The position numbers and the translations under genes are program-made. The notes below the pieces were generated by a model. It was not told where the DNA came from. It saw only the letters and a list, made by a program, of their open reading frames with translations, and did no database searches. DNA of 64,000 bases from the NCBI GenBank assembly GCA_963842085.1, contig CAWJET010000002.1, positions 1,056,001 to 1,120,000 on the forward strand, in the 5' to 3' direction. The first letter of the stretch is position 1. Every line of letters starts with the position of its first letter. Shown in pieces: positions 20,645 to 29,331 of the stretch. This stretch comes from an uncultured delta proteobacterium (GTDB lineage Bacteria > Desulfobacterota > Binatia > Binatales > Binataceae).

Positions 20645-21415
20645 CTACTCGAACCAGTTAAGCTGCTTGTACATGCTGATCTGGCCGTACTGATGCGCGT
20701 TGCCGTAACCCGCCTGCGCGCTCACGCCGAGCTGCCACGGCCGGTAGTAGAAGCCGAGATCGGGGCCGCCCTGGCCCTGCGCGTCGCTCAGAAAGCCGCC
20801 GAAGTACATCGCACCGCCGACACCGCCAAGGATCATGTATTTTTCGGTCGAGAGCAGTATTGCCTGCAGATCGATTTCGGTGCTTTCGACGCCGTTCTGA
20901 TAATCATAGATCGAGCTGAACGATCCGTTGAACGGATGCTGACTGTGCAGAAATATCCAGCTCGAAAAATCACCCTCGATCACGCTGGCGTCGCTATCCG
21001 CCACGTCGTGGCCGCCCGAGACGTAGAGATGCGTGCCCGGGAATAGTGTGAAATCGGCGCCGCCCTGGAAGCGGCCGAAGTTGAGGCGTGGAAAACTGCC
21101 GCTGCCAGGCGCCAGCGGACTCTCAAAGCCGTTGCCGATCCACAGTTGGTAACCCGTCGCACGGCCGAAAAACCCGATGTATGGCGTCACGCTTTGCTCG
21201 ACCTGCACCCCCTCCTGCAGCACGCCATATTTGTCGCTGACGAAGCCGCCGCCGAAGGCGGTTGCCTGGAGGAGTCCGGGCGTCTGGAGCGAGAAGAATC
21301 CCGGATAGTTGTCTTCGAACCATTGCGCATGTGCGGCCGGCGCGATCGCCAACGCGCTCAGCGCCACTAACAGGGCGACCGCCATGCTAACGCGGAAAAT
21401 TCGATTCGTCGCCAT
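20645..21415 (-). CDS. Hypothetical secreted protein, probable outer-membrane beta-barrel
   Basis: Signal peptide (AHA-Q); Gly/aromatic-rich alternating strands; aromatic C-terminus (YKQLNWFE); GGGAGGAGGT RBS. Confidence 0.7.
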   Translation of the reverse strand: MATNRIFRVSMAVALLVALSALAIAPAAHAQWFEDNYPGFFSLQTPGLLQATAFGGGFVSDKYGVLQEGVQVEQSVTPYIGFFGRATGYQLWIGNGFESPLAPGSGSFPRLNFGRFQGGADFTLFPGTHLYVSGGHDVADSDASVIEGDFSSWIFLHSQHPFNGSFSSIYDYQNGVESTEIDLQAILLSTEKYMILGGVGGAMYFGGFLSDAQGQGGPDLGFYYRPWQLGVSAQAGYGNAHQYGQISMYKQLNWFE

Positions 21416-21430
21416 GTCCCACCTCCTCCC

Positions 21431-22171
21431 CTACCGACCCGTCGTCGTTGTGGTCGTCATGTTCGTGCATACCGGACATGCCGGCACCGGCGCGCCGCCC
21501 GATGCGGCCGCGGCTCCCGTGAACATAGTGCTGGCGCCCGCGGTCGCGCTGTCGAGCGACACCGCGCCGGTCATCGCGAGCGGTCCGGGAGCGGTCGGAG
21601 GCTTGTCGCATGGCAGCGTCGCTTCGTAACCCGCTCCGACATCCTGACCCAGCGCGGGATTCCCGATGGGCGCCAGGTTGACCGTCCCCTGATACACGGA
21701 GACGTCAGTATATTTTTCGCAGCCCTGGTATCCGGGCCTGATCACATTCTCGGTGTACGCGGTATCGAACCTCGTGCCGCGCACGGCCGCGACCGCGTTG
21801 GGAGTGTGCACCTGGTAATTTGCCGGCGCGCCGCCCGAGGCGGCGTTCACCAGCGATCGCAGCACGCCCGAGAACAAGCTCACGCGCGTCGAGGTGGCAC
21901 CGCCGGTAACCGTGAACTCGTCGAGCGTGATGCTGCTGGAGGGACCCAGCTCGAGCCGGCTCTGATCGTTGAGTATGATGACGGCATGACCGCCGGCGCC
22001 GGTCACGATTCGATCGCCCACGTTTACGCCGACGCCGGCGGCCGCTCCGATCGTCGCGCCGCCGGTGCGCTGAATTTGCACCTGACCGCTCACCGACTGG
22101 AAAGCTCCGGCTGCCGTCTGCGCCAGCGCCGGCGCGGATACCACAAGCATCAGCGCGCTCATCAGCAACAA
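21431..22171 (-). CDS. FecR-domain periplasmic protein
   Basis: Signal peptide (ALA-Q); GDRIVTG, LNDQSRLELGPSS, VHTPNAVAAVRGTRF and VSVYQGTV FecR motifs. The true start may be near 22220. Confidence 0.88.
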   Translation of the reverse strand: MLLMSALMLVVSAPALAQTAAGAFQSVSGQVQIQRTGGATIGAAAGVGVNVGDRIVTGAGGHAVIILNDQSRLELGPSSSITLDEFTVTGGATSTRVSLFSGVLRSLVNAASGGAPANYQVHTPNAVAAVRGTRFDTAYTENVIRPGYQGCEKYTDVSVYQGTVNLAPIGNPALGQDVGAGYEATLPCDKPPTAPGPLAMTGAVSLDSATAGASTMFTGAAAASGGAPVPACPVCTNMTTTTTTGR

Positions 22172-22247
22172 CTCCGCAGCAACCCCGGCGCTACGACGTA
22201 ATCGGTCTCGACGCGTCTGATGGCGCTCCTTTACTGCTGGCGCCTAC

Positions 22248-22277
22248 CTTGTATTGGTCCTCATCGGGATTTGTCAA
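22248..22277 (-). promoter_or_regulatory. Putative sigma70 promoter for the FecR/OMP/cyclase cassette
   Basis: TTGACA (22272-22277), 18-bp spacer, TACAAG; just downstream of the rpsI terminator and upstream of the AAAGGAG RBS. Confidence 0.45.
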
Positions 22278-22313
22278 TCGCTCCGCTAAGTACCTGTAAT
22301 CGCGGCACAAATG

Positions 22314-22340
22314 AAAAGGGCGCGAGCATCGCTCACGCCC
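22314..22340 (-). terminator. Rho-independent terminator after rpsI
   Basis: GGGCGTGAGC-GAT-GCTCGCGCCC followed by TTTT on the minus strand. Confidence 0.75.
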
Positions 22341-22394
22341 CCGTCGCCTCAAATTGAGTTACCGCGCGCCGCGCCCGCGGATTCGCTCCCCCCG

Positions 22395-22793
22395 CTAGCG
22401 CTTGGAGTACTGCGGCCGCTTGCGCGCCTTGTGACGCCCGTACTTCTTGCGCTCAACCTCGCGCGGATCGCGCGTCAGCATCCCGCCCTTGCGCAGTGTC
22501 GGGCGCAGCGTCTCGGTCGCGCCGATCAGCGCACGCGAAATCCCGTGACGGACCGCGTCGGCCTGCGCCGCGATTCCGCCGCCCTCGACGCTCACCAGCA
22601 CATCGTACTGCCCAACGGTCTCGGTCGCCTCGAACGGCTCGAGGATTCGCATCCGCGAGGTCGGCCGCGGGAAGTAGTCCTCGAGCGTGCGCTCGTTGAT
22701 CGTGATCGTGCCGCTGCCGGGAAGCATCCTGACGCGCGCCACCGCGGTCTTGCGCCGCCCCGTAGTCCAGATGATGTTTTTCTTTTCTGCCAT
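22395..22793 (-). CDS. rpsI: 30S ribosomal protein S9
   Basis: [30 protein letters not shown] and [17 protein letters not shown] motifs. Confidence 0.98.
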   Translation of the reverse strand: MAEKKNIIWTTGRRKTAVARVRMLPGSGTITINERTLEDYFPRPTSRMRILEPFEATETVGQYDVLVSVEGGGIAAQADAVRHGISRALIGATETLRPTLRKGGMLTRDPREVERKKYGRHKARKRPQYSKR

Positions 22794-22810
22794 GTGACGA
22801 TCGTGCCTTG

Positions 22811-23257
22811 TTAGACGTTCACGGCGCGGGGCTTCTGCGCCGCGTGCGGATGCTCGGGCCCGCGATAGACTTTAAGCTTGTTGAAAATCTGATGGCCGAG
22901 CCGATTCTTCGGCAGCATCCCTTTAACCGCAATTTCGAGCAGCCGCTCGGGCTTGGCTTCGAGCATCTTGCCCGCCGAGGTCTTGCGGATTCCGCCCGGC
23001 CATTCCGTATGGCGATAGTACAGCTTGCCCTGCGCCTTCGATCCCGTCAGGCGAACCTTGGCGGCGTTGATGATAACGACGAAGTCGCCGGTATCCTGGT
23101 TGGGCGTGTAATCGGGCCGCGTCTTGCCGGTCAGCAGGCTCGCCGCACGCGACGCCACGCGTCCGAGTGCGCGCTCGCTTGCATCGATTACGACCCAGTT
23201 GCGGTCGCGCAGTCCGCTCTCGCGCGAGATGCTGCGGGTTTGTTCGGTCAGCTTCAA
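22811..23257 (-). CDS. rplM: 50S ribosomal protein L13
   Basis: [34 protein letters not shown] and HPHAAQKP motifs. Confidence 0.98.
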   Translation of the reverse strand: MKLTEQTRSISRESGLRDRNWVVIDASERALGRVASRAASLLTGKTRPDYTPNQDTGDFVVIINAAKVRLTGSKAQGKLYYRHTEWPGGIRKTSAGKMLEAKPERLLEIAVKGMLPKNRLGHQIFNKLKVYRGPEHPHAAQKPRAVNV

Positions 23258-23282
23258 GTTCGTGCCTCTAAAGATTCAATTT

Positions 23283-23360
23283 TGGCGGGGCCGATGGGAT
23301 TTGAACCCACGACTTCCGACGTGACAGGCCGGCGTTCTAACCGGGCTGAACTACGACCCC
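23283..23360 (-). tRNA. tRNA-Asp (GTC)
   Basis: Cloverleaf GGGGTCG/CGGCCCC acceptor, D arm GTTC/GAAC, anticodon loop CT-GTC-AC, T loop TTCAAAT, encoded CCA. Confidence 0.96.
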
Positions 23361-23501
23361 GCCCGAACCATCCTTTGTTACATTTTCCAGCCCGCGTAGC
23401 AACAACGTTCTGAACTACAGCTCGCGCGCCCGAGCTGCGTCGGGTTCGCTTGGCGGCAGAGCGCGCTGCTTGAAACCGTGCGCCAGTTCCTCACCTCCGC
23501 G

Positions 23502-23892
23502 GCAGGGGTGACCCCTGCACCCGGTGACCTCAACGCGCGGCCCTTTCTCTAGTGCGCGACACCGTAGCGGCGGATGGCGATGCGGCTCAGGGGGCTCCGG
23601 GGTCCCTCCACTCCGGTCGGGATGACGGAAGAAGAGACCCGGGATTGTATCGCCGCGGCGGCTTCAGAATGACACGGTTAGGCGGCTCGCTCCGTGATTG
23701 GGCGAGGGGAAATCGCGCAGTGTGGAGACAACAGATCCGGGGTCCCTCCGCTCCGGCAGCCTCCGGTCGGGATGACAGAGGTTGGCGGGCACGGCGCCCA
23801 ACCCACTACGGTGAGGTTGCAGAGAAGCCCCGACAACGGAGCGCGGCGGCAGGAGCACAGCCAGAATCACTGGGTGCAGGGGTCACCCCTGC
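23502..23892. repeat. Composite repeat element bounded by inverted REP-like palindromes (23502-23522 +, 23872-23892 -)
   Basis: Inverted GCAGGGGTGACCCCTGCACCC ends; inner inverted pair CACCGTAGYGG (23560-23570/23803-23813); two internal TCCGGGGTCCCTC...TCGGGATGAC hairpins (23596-23626, 23733-23776). Confidence 0.85.
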
Positions 23893-24929
23893 TAGGCGAC
23901 GCGGCGCATCAGCTCCAGGATGTCGTAGCCGGTGATTTCGCGGCTCTTGGCGGACCAGTCGCGAAGCTCCGTGTCGGACACCATCCCGGCTTGCGCGCCC
24001 TTGGCCAGATCCATCAGGCCAATCTTGATCGTTGCTTCGTCGATCATCTCGCCCGACTTGGGATCGGCCATCGAGCCGCCGCCCTTCTCGTGGTAGAGCT
24101 TGATCACTCGGCGCGCTTCCTCGACCTGTTCGACGCTCGGCGTGTAGCACGCATTGGCGATCTCCGCCTGCTGCGGATGTATTACCCAGGTGCCGTCCAT
24201 CCCGAGGTTCGCTGCGCCCACGTTCTTCTCGCGCAGTCCGTCTTGCAGTTGCTTGATGCGCTCGGGCGAATCGGTGTTGCGCCACAGGCGCAGATAGACG
24301 TTGTCGATTGCGTGCAGGCCGGCGGCCTTGGCGGCGACCACCACCGCCTGCTTCGAGTAGTGAAAATTCTGGTTCTGATTCTCGACGATCTCACGGATGC
24401 CGAGATTGGCGGCGTAGTCGGCGATGCCGAACACCAGCCCGCACATCCGGTCGGAGGCGGTTGCTATCTCATACGCCTTGATCAGCGCGTGCGGGGTCTC
24501 GATGAGCGATTCGATCTGGAGGCGGTACTTCCATCCGCCGCGCTTTTCGAGATCGTCGAGCAGCTTCGACACTTCGCGAATCTCCTCGGGGCCGCGCGTC
24601 TTCGGCAGCATGATGCCGTGGAAGCGATTCGGCGCGCCGAGCACGATCGCCTCCATGTCGCCCTTGAAGAACTTCGAATGGATGTTGTTGGGGCGGACCG
24701 TCACGACCTTCTTGCCGAAGTCGAGCGTGTTGAGCGCCTCGACCATTACCTTGCGGCTCTTCTCGCCCTTGAACTCGTACGGGCACGCGTCTTCGAAGTC
24801 CGCCATCACGTGATCGACCGGCGCTTTCACCGCGTCGGCGGCGGTGACATGCAGCTTCATGTTGTGACCCGGATAGGTCATCTCGGTGCGCGGAATCACG
24901 AAGCGTGTGCCTTTGTCCAGTACGTACAT
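23892..24929 (-). CDS. CitE/HpcH-HpaI family CoA-ester lyase (malyl-CoA/beta-methylmalyl-CoA lyase-like)
   Basis: ADFEDA, VRPN, MLPK, LIET, FGIADY, AIDNVY and GTWVIHPQQ..IAN..YTPS motifs; operon context. Confidence 0.85.
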   Translation of the reverse strand: MYVLDKGTRFVIPRTEMTYPGHNMKLHVTAADAVKAPVDHVMADFEDACPYEFKGEKSRKVMVEALNTLDFGKKVVTVRPNNIHSKFFKGDMEAIVLGAPNRFHGIMLPKTRGPEEIREVSKLLDDLEKRGGWKYRLQIESLIETPHALIKAYEIATASDRMCGLVFGIADYAANLGIREIVENQNQNFHYSKQAVVVAAKAAGLHAIDNVYLRLWRNTDSPERIKQLQDGLREKNVGAANLGMDGTWVIHPQQAEIANACYTPSVEQVEEARRVIKLYHEKGGGSMADPKSGEMIDEATIKIGLMDLAKGAQAGMVSDTELRDWSAKSREITGYDILELMRRVA

Positions 24930-24950
24930 CGATTTCTCCCGCTGAATTTC

Positions 24951-25433
24951 TCAGGCCGGCAGGTAATGCGTCTTGCGCTTGATCAAAACGGTGCGCTCAA
25001 TTTCAACGACGACGGTGCCGTCTGGCTTCTTTCCTATCAGTTTGAATTTCACGAGTCCCGCGTCGGGCCGGTCCGCGTCGCGCTTCTCGAGCACGGTCGA
25101 TTCGGCATATATCGTGTCGCCGTGAAAGACCGGATTTGTGTGCTTGCCGTTGTCCATCTCGACTTCGGCGATCGCGTTCTCGCTCGTGTCCTCCGACGCG
25201 AGCCCGACCGTGAACGCCAGCACCACGCCGCCATACACCAGCAGCTTGCCGCCGACGTACGCGCCGGGGTTCTTGTCGATCAAATCCTGGTTGAAGTGCA
25301 GCTCGGCGGTGTTCATCACCAGCGAAGTGAACACGTGATTGTCGGACTCGGTGATCGTGCGGCCGCGCTGATGCACGAGCGTGTCGCCGACGTTGAAGTC
25401 CTCGAAGTAGCTGCCGTCGCTGGTGATGCTCAC
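24951..25433 (-). CDS. MaoC family dehydratase
   Basis: YFEDFNVG, GRTITESDN, ELHFN and PVFHGDTIYAESTV hot-dog fold motifs. Confidence 0.9.
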   Translation of the reverse strand: MSITSDGSYFEDFNVGDTLVHQRGRTITESDNHVFTSLVMNTAELHFNQDLIDKNPGAYVGGKLLVYGGVVLAFTVGLASEDTSENAIAEVEMDNGKHTNPVFHGDTIYAESTVLEKRDADRPDAGLVKFKLIGKKPDGTVVVEIERTVLIKRKTHYLPA

Positions 25434-25434
25434 G

Positions 25435-26601
25435 TCAGTTCTGCTCCATGATACGCCGGCCGATCACCTCGTACTGAATCTCGCTGGTGCCCTCGAAGAT
25501 CGACAGCACGCGCGCATCGCGCCAGAAGCGCTGTGCCTCGAACTCCATCGAGTAGCCGTAGCCGCCGTGCACCTGCATCGCCTCGCGTGTGACCCGCTCG
25601 GCCATCTCGGCGGCGAACGCCTTGGCCAGTCCGGCCTCGTAGTCGCATCGCTTGCCGGTGTCCTTTTCGGCGGCGGCGAAGTAGCAAAGCTGGCGCGCCG
25701 CTTCGATCTCGACGGCCATGTGCGCGAGCTTGTGCCGGATCACCTGGAAGTCGCCGATCGGCTGTCCGAACTGCTTGCGATCCTTTGCGTACTTGACCGC
25801 GCATTCGAACGCCGCCTGCGCGACGCCGACGCCGCGCGCGGCAGTCTGGATTCGCGCCGCCTCGTAGCTTGCCATCAACTGGTAAAATCCGCGCCCTTCG
25901 ACGCCGCCAATCAGGTTCGCCTTGGGCGCGAACGCGTCGTCGAACTGCAGCGCGTAACTGCGCATCCCGTGGTAGCCGATGGTGGGAATCGGCGAGCCGG
26001 TCAGAGTCGGCGGCATGAAGTCGTCGCCGGGCTCCTTCTCGAACAGAATCAGCGACAGTCCCTTGTGCCGCTTCGAGATGTCCGGGTCAGTGCGCGTCAT
26101 GACGGTGAGCATATGCGCGCGATTGGCGAACGTGCACCACATTTTCGAGCCCTTGATCAGGTAGCCGTCGCCCTCCTTCACCGCCCGCGTTTTGAACGAC
26201 GCGGTGTCGCTGCCCGAATCGGGCTCGGTGAACGCGGCCGCGGTCAGAATCTCACCGCGCGCAATCGGCGGCAGGAACTTCTTTTTCTGCTCGGGCGTGC
26301 CGTTGGCGCTGATCAGTGTGCCGGTGATGATGTTGCGCGTCATCACGGAGCCGACGCTGAGCCATCCGCGCGACAATTCCTCGGTGACGATCGCCATCGA
26401 GATGTAATCCAGCCCCATGCCGCCGTCCTCGGCGGGAAAAATCACGCCGAAGTAGCCGAGCTCGGCCATCTGCTTGAGGATGCGCTCGGGGATTTCCTTG
26501 TTATTGCGATCGAGGTCGTTGGCGATCGGCTTGACCTCGGCCTCGACGAACTCGCGGACCGAACGCCGGATAAATTCATGCTCAGGCGTGACCAGAGGCA
26601 T
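25435..26601 (-). CDS. Acyl-CoA dehydrogenase, methylsuccinyl-CoA dehydrogenase-like
   Basis: FTEPDSGSD, IGYHGMRSY, ARIQTAARGVGVAQ, QVHGGYGY and SIFEGTSEIQ motifs; context with ccr/MaoC/lyase. Confidence 0.88.
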   Translation of the reverse strand: MPLVTPEHEFIRRSVREFVEAEVKPIANDLDRNNKEIPERILKQMAELGYFGVIFPAEDGGMGLDYISMAIVTEELSRGWLSVGSVMTRNIITGTLISANGTPEQKKKFLPPIARGEILTAAAFTEPDSGSDTASFKTRAVKEGDGYLIKGSKMWCTFANRAHMLTVMTRTDPDISKRHKGLSLILFEKEPGDDFMPPTLTGSPIPTIGYHGMRSYALQFDDAFAPKANLIGGVEGRGFYQLMASYEAARIQTAARGVGVAQAAFECAVKYAKDRKQFGQPIGDFQVIRHKLAHMAVEIEAARQLCYFAAAEKDTGKRCDYEAGLAKAFAAEMAERVTREAMQVHGGYGYSMEFEAQRFWRDARVLSIFEGTSEIQYEVIGRRIMEQN

Positions 26602-26610
26602 CGTGTACTC

Positions 26611-27087
26611 CTAAGCGGGACTGGCGGGATTGCGCTTGCGAATCAGGACCGGCCGCTCGTACTCGAGCACCTTTTCGCCGCGTTGGTTGTAGCCGGTGGT
26701 GCGGAACTTGACGACGCCGCGGTCGGGCCGCGAGGTGTCGCGCTTGGAGAGCACCAGCGACTCGGAGGTTATGGTGTCGCCGGGATAGACCGTCTCGTGC
26801 CACTTCATTTTTTCGTAGCCGAGGTGCGCGATCGCGCGTTCGCTGAGATCCTCGACCGAAAGCCCGAACACCACGTTCATCACCAGCATGTGATTGACGA
26901 CAACGTTCCTGTAGCCGAGCGACTGCGCGTACTCGCGATTGAAGTAGCTGGGGTTGAAGTTCATCGTGACGCTGGAGAAGAAGCTGTTGTCGCCTTCGGT
27001 GATCGTGCGGCCCCAATGATGCTTGAAAAGATGGCCGACCTCGAAGTCCTCGAAGTAGTGGCCACGCTCGATTTTGCGCACCGCCAT
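26611..27087 (-). CDS. MaoC family dehydratase
   Basis: YFEDFEVG, GRTITEGDN, VYPGDTI and GYNQRGE motifs. Confidence 0.9.
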   Translation of the reverse strand: MAVRKIERGHYFEDFEVGHLFKHHWGRTITEGDNSFFSSVTMNFNPSYFNREYAQSLGYRNVVVNHMLVMNVVFGLSVEDLSERAIAHLGYEKMKWHETVYPGDTITSESLVLSKRDTSRPDRGVVKFRTTGYNQRGEKVLEYERPVLIRKRNPASPA

Positions 27088-27208
27088 ATGGGTCAGGCTG
27101 CCTTGCTTCCAGTGATCGTAGAATCAACGAAAACGAAAAAGTCCTGAAGCCGAATCCGTTTTTTATGGAATTAGCGGATGCGCGTCAACCGACCGGATGC
27201 GCGGGTAC

Positions 27209-27260
27209 TGTCTTAGTTCGAGCCTGAATGTCTGAGTTTGAAGCTGCGAGTGTCTTAATT
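27209..27260. repeat. Three degenerate direct repeats TGTCTKARTT at 20-22-bp spacing
   Basis: TGTCTTAGTT 27209, TGTCTGAGTT 27229, TGTCTTAATT 27251. Confidence 0.55.
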
Positions 27261-27276
27261 TCCGTTGAAACCCGGA

Positions 27277-27603
27277 TCATTCGTCACGAAGGGGTAACGA
27301 GTGGGTAAGCTTGAAAAAGCGAAGACTCGCATTTCCCATAAGGCGCGGGTCATCCTCGCCTAGGCACAGGAATGCATCGCGCGGCAGTTCGCTGTGGGTT
27401 TGTCGCGCCCGCTCCTCGGCCTTCGGTTTGATTGCGTCAATTTCTTTTTGGCAGTCGGCTGCGGTATCGAAGAACTTAATGGGAAGCCATTTTGATACCG
27501 GGGCATTCCAGTCAGCCATTGGTGGCTTGACCCCTGCCTTTAGAGGCGGCCCTATCATATACCAACCCACAAGCGCGAGCGCGGCGGCGTGGCGGGGCTT
27601 CAT
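27277..27603 (-). CDS. Hypothetical small exported protein (MKPRHAAALALVGWY... C..C..DDPRL type)
   Basis: N-terminal hydrophobic segment, two Cys, AT-richer codon usage than the neighbours. Confidence 0.65.
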   Translation of the reverse strand: MKPRHAAALALVGWYMIGPPLKAGVKPPMADWNAPVSKWLPIKFFDTAADCQKEIDAIKPKAEERARQTHSELPRDAFLCLGEDDPRLMGNASLRFFKLTHSLPLRDE

Positions 27604-27785
27604 GCTTCACTTACTGAGCCGATGAGAACCGAAGCGATTCGTTCGTCCCGAACGTCCTCGACCACACGCTCCCAGTCAACGTCCGGCCGCACCGACCCCC
27701 GATGTACCCATAACCCGTCGATCTTGACCAAGGTCCCTCGCCCGGATTTATCGACCTTCGGCCCGTTGCCATCTCCTTTGCGCAT
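27600..27785 (-). CDS. Small hypothetical protein, resembles the C-terminal half of AbrB/MazE-type antitoxins
   Basis: LVKIDGLWVHRG...DWERVVEDVRDER; stop overlaps the next start (ATGA). Confidence 0.45.
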   Translation of the reverse strand: MRKGDGNGPKVDKSGRGTLVKIDGLWVHRGSVRPDVDWERVVEDVRDERIASVLIGSVSEA

Positions 27786-28019
27786 TTCTCATCGAACCTC
27801 CCTTCATGTCGTTCTCGCGGACACACGTCGCTTCCCTGAGTTAACCATATCACTGGTCCGTTGACGTATCAGCCGTTCCCTAACGGCCAGTAGCTTAGTA
27901 TTGTCAAATTCGCGGCAACCAGGTAGCTAATTCCGGCACGCTTCAACTCGAACCAGAACTGGAGCCAACCGCAGCCGCATCTTGTCGCGGAGCATCGGCG
28001 CGGTGGTAACCGATAGAAA

Positions 28020-29273
28020 ATGAACCACAAGGAAATCTACGAGATCGGGCAGGTGCCGCCGATCGGGAACGTCCCGCCGCAGATGTATGCGCAGGTGATC
28101 CGCGCTGACCGGTTCGGCGATCCCAGGCATGCGTTCAAGATCGAGAAAATCGCGGTGCCGGAAATCCGCGCCGACGAGGTGCTCGTTTACGTGATGGCGG
28201 CGGGCGTCAATTTCAACAACGTGTGGGCCGCGCTCGGCTCGCCGGTGGACGTGATCGGCGCGCGCCAGAAGGCCAAGTACGATCATTCGGATTTCCATAT
28301 CGGCGGCAGCGACGCGTCGGGAATCGTCTATGCGATCGGCCGCGACGTGCACAACGTCAAGGTCGGCGACCGCGTGGTGATCCATTGCGGCGTTTGGGAT
28401 CGAAACTCGCCCGCGGTCCGCAACGGCGACGATCCGATGTACGATCCGTCGTTCAAGATCTGGGGCTACGAAACCAACTGGGGCAGCTTCGCACAGTTCA
28501 CCCGCGTGCAGGCGCATCAGTGCATGCCCAAGGCCAAGCATCTGACGTGGGAAGAGGCCGCCGGGCCGACGCTGGTCGGCGCGACCGCGTTCCGGATGCT
28601 GATGGGATGGCCACCGAATGTCGTGCGCCGCGGCGACGTGGTGCTGATTTGGGGCGCGTCGGGCGGGCTCGGATGCATGGCGATTCAGATCGTCAAGGCA
28701 GAAGGCGGAATTCCAGTCGGTATCGTCGGCGACGATCGCAAGATCGATTTCTGCACGAAGCTCGGCGCCAAGGGCTGCATCAACCGCAAGAAATATTTGC
28801 ACTGGGGGATGATGCCGCATTGGAAGGAAACCGCGTCGTACAACAAGTGGGCCGCCGAGTGCCGCGCGTTCGGCAAAGCGATTTGGGACATCGTCGGCGA
28901 ACGGAAGAATCCGCGCATCGTGTTCGAGCATCCCGGCGAAGACACCATCCCCACGTCGGTGTTCGTCTGCGACGCGGGCGGGATGGTCGTCATCTGCGCG
29001 GGCACCACCGGCTACAACGCGGTGGCGGATTTGCGCTACCTGTGGATGCGGCAGAAGCGGCTGCAGGGCTCGCACTTCGCCAACGACGAGCAGGCGTACG
29101 CGTTCAATCAGCTCGTGCTCGACGGCAAGATCGATCCGTGCCTCGCCAAGACGTACACGTTCGCCGAGATTCCGGAATGCCACCAGGCGATGCATGAGAA
29201 TCGCGCGCCCGAGGGCAAGATGGTCGCGCTGGTGGGAGCGCCGAAGCCCGGCCTGAAGGACCTGCCGCTGTAA
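28020..29273 (+). CDS. ccr: Crotonyl-CoA carboxylase/reductase
   Basis: [47 protein letters not shown] and [17 protein letters not shown] Ccr signatures. Confidence 0.92.
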   Translation: MNHKEIYEIGQVPPIGNVPPQMYAQVIRADRFGDPRHAFKIEKIAVPEIRADEVLVYVMAAGVNFNNVWAALGSPVDVIGARQKAKYDHSDFHIGGSDASGIVYAIGRDVHNVKVGDRVVIHCGVWDRNSPAVRNGDDPMYDPSFKIWGYETNWGSFAQFTRVQAHQCMPKAKHLTWEEAAGPTLVGATAFRMLMGWPPNVVRRGDVVLIWGASGGLGCMAIQIVKAEGGIPVGIVGDDRKIDFCTKLGAKGCINRKKYLHWGMMPHWKETASYNKWAAECRAFGKAIWDIVGERKNPRIVFEHPGEDTIPTSVFVCDAGGMVVICAGTTGYNAVADLRYLWMRQKRLQGSHFANDEQAYAFNQLVLDGKIDPCLAKTYTFAEIPECHQAMHENRAPEGKMVALVGAPKPGLKDLPL

Positions 29274-29331
29274 CTCTAATCGCCGCGCGCTGTCGCGCGA
29301 GTCTGCCGCTCGACTACAATCGGCCATCACC

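Noticed and set aside
23283-23360. tRNA-Asp as an integration site for an island
   Set aside because: No duplicated tRNA 3' end or integrase was seen, and rplM follows immediately.
23552-23935. ORFs within the composite repeats (23552..23935+, 23664..23870-, 62761..62958+, 40779..41012-)
   Set aside because: They run through palindromic repeat DNA and show no transposase or other motifs.
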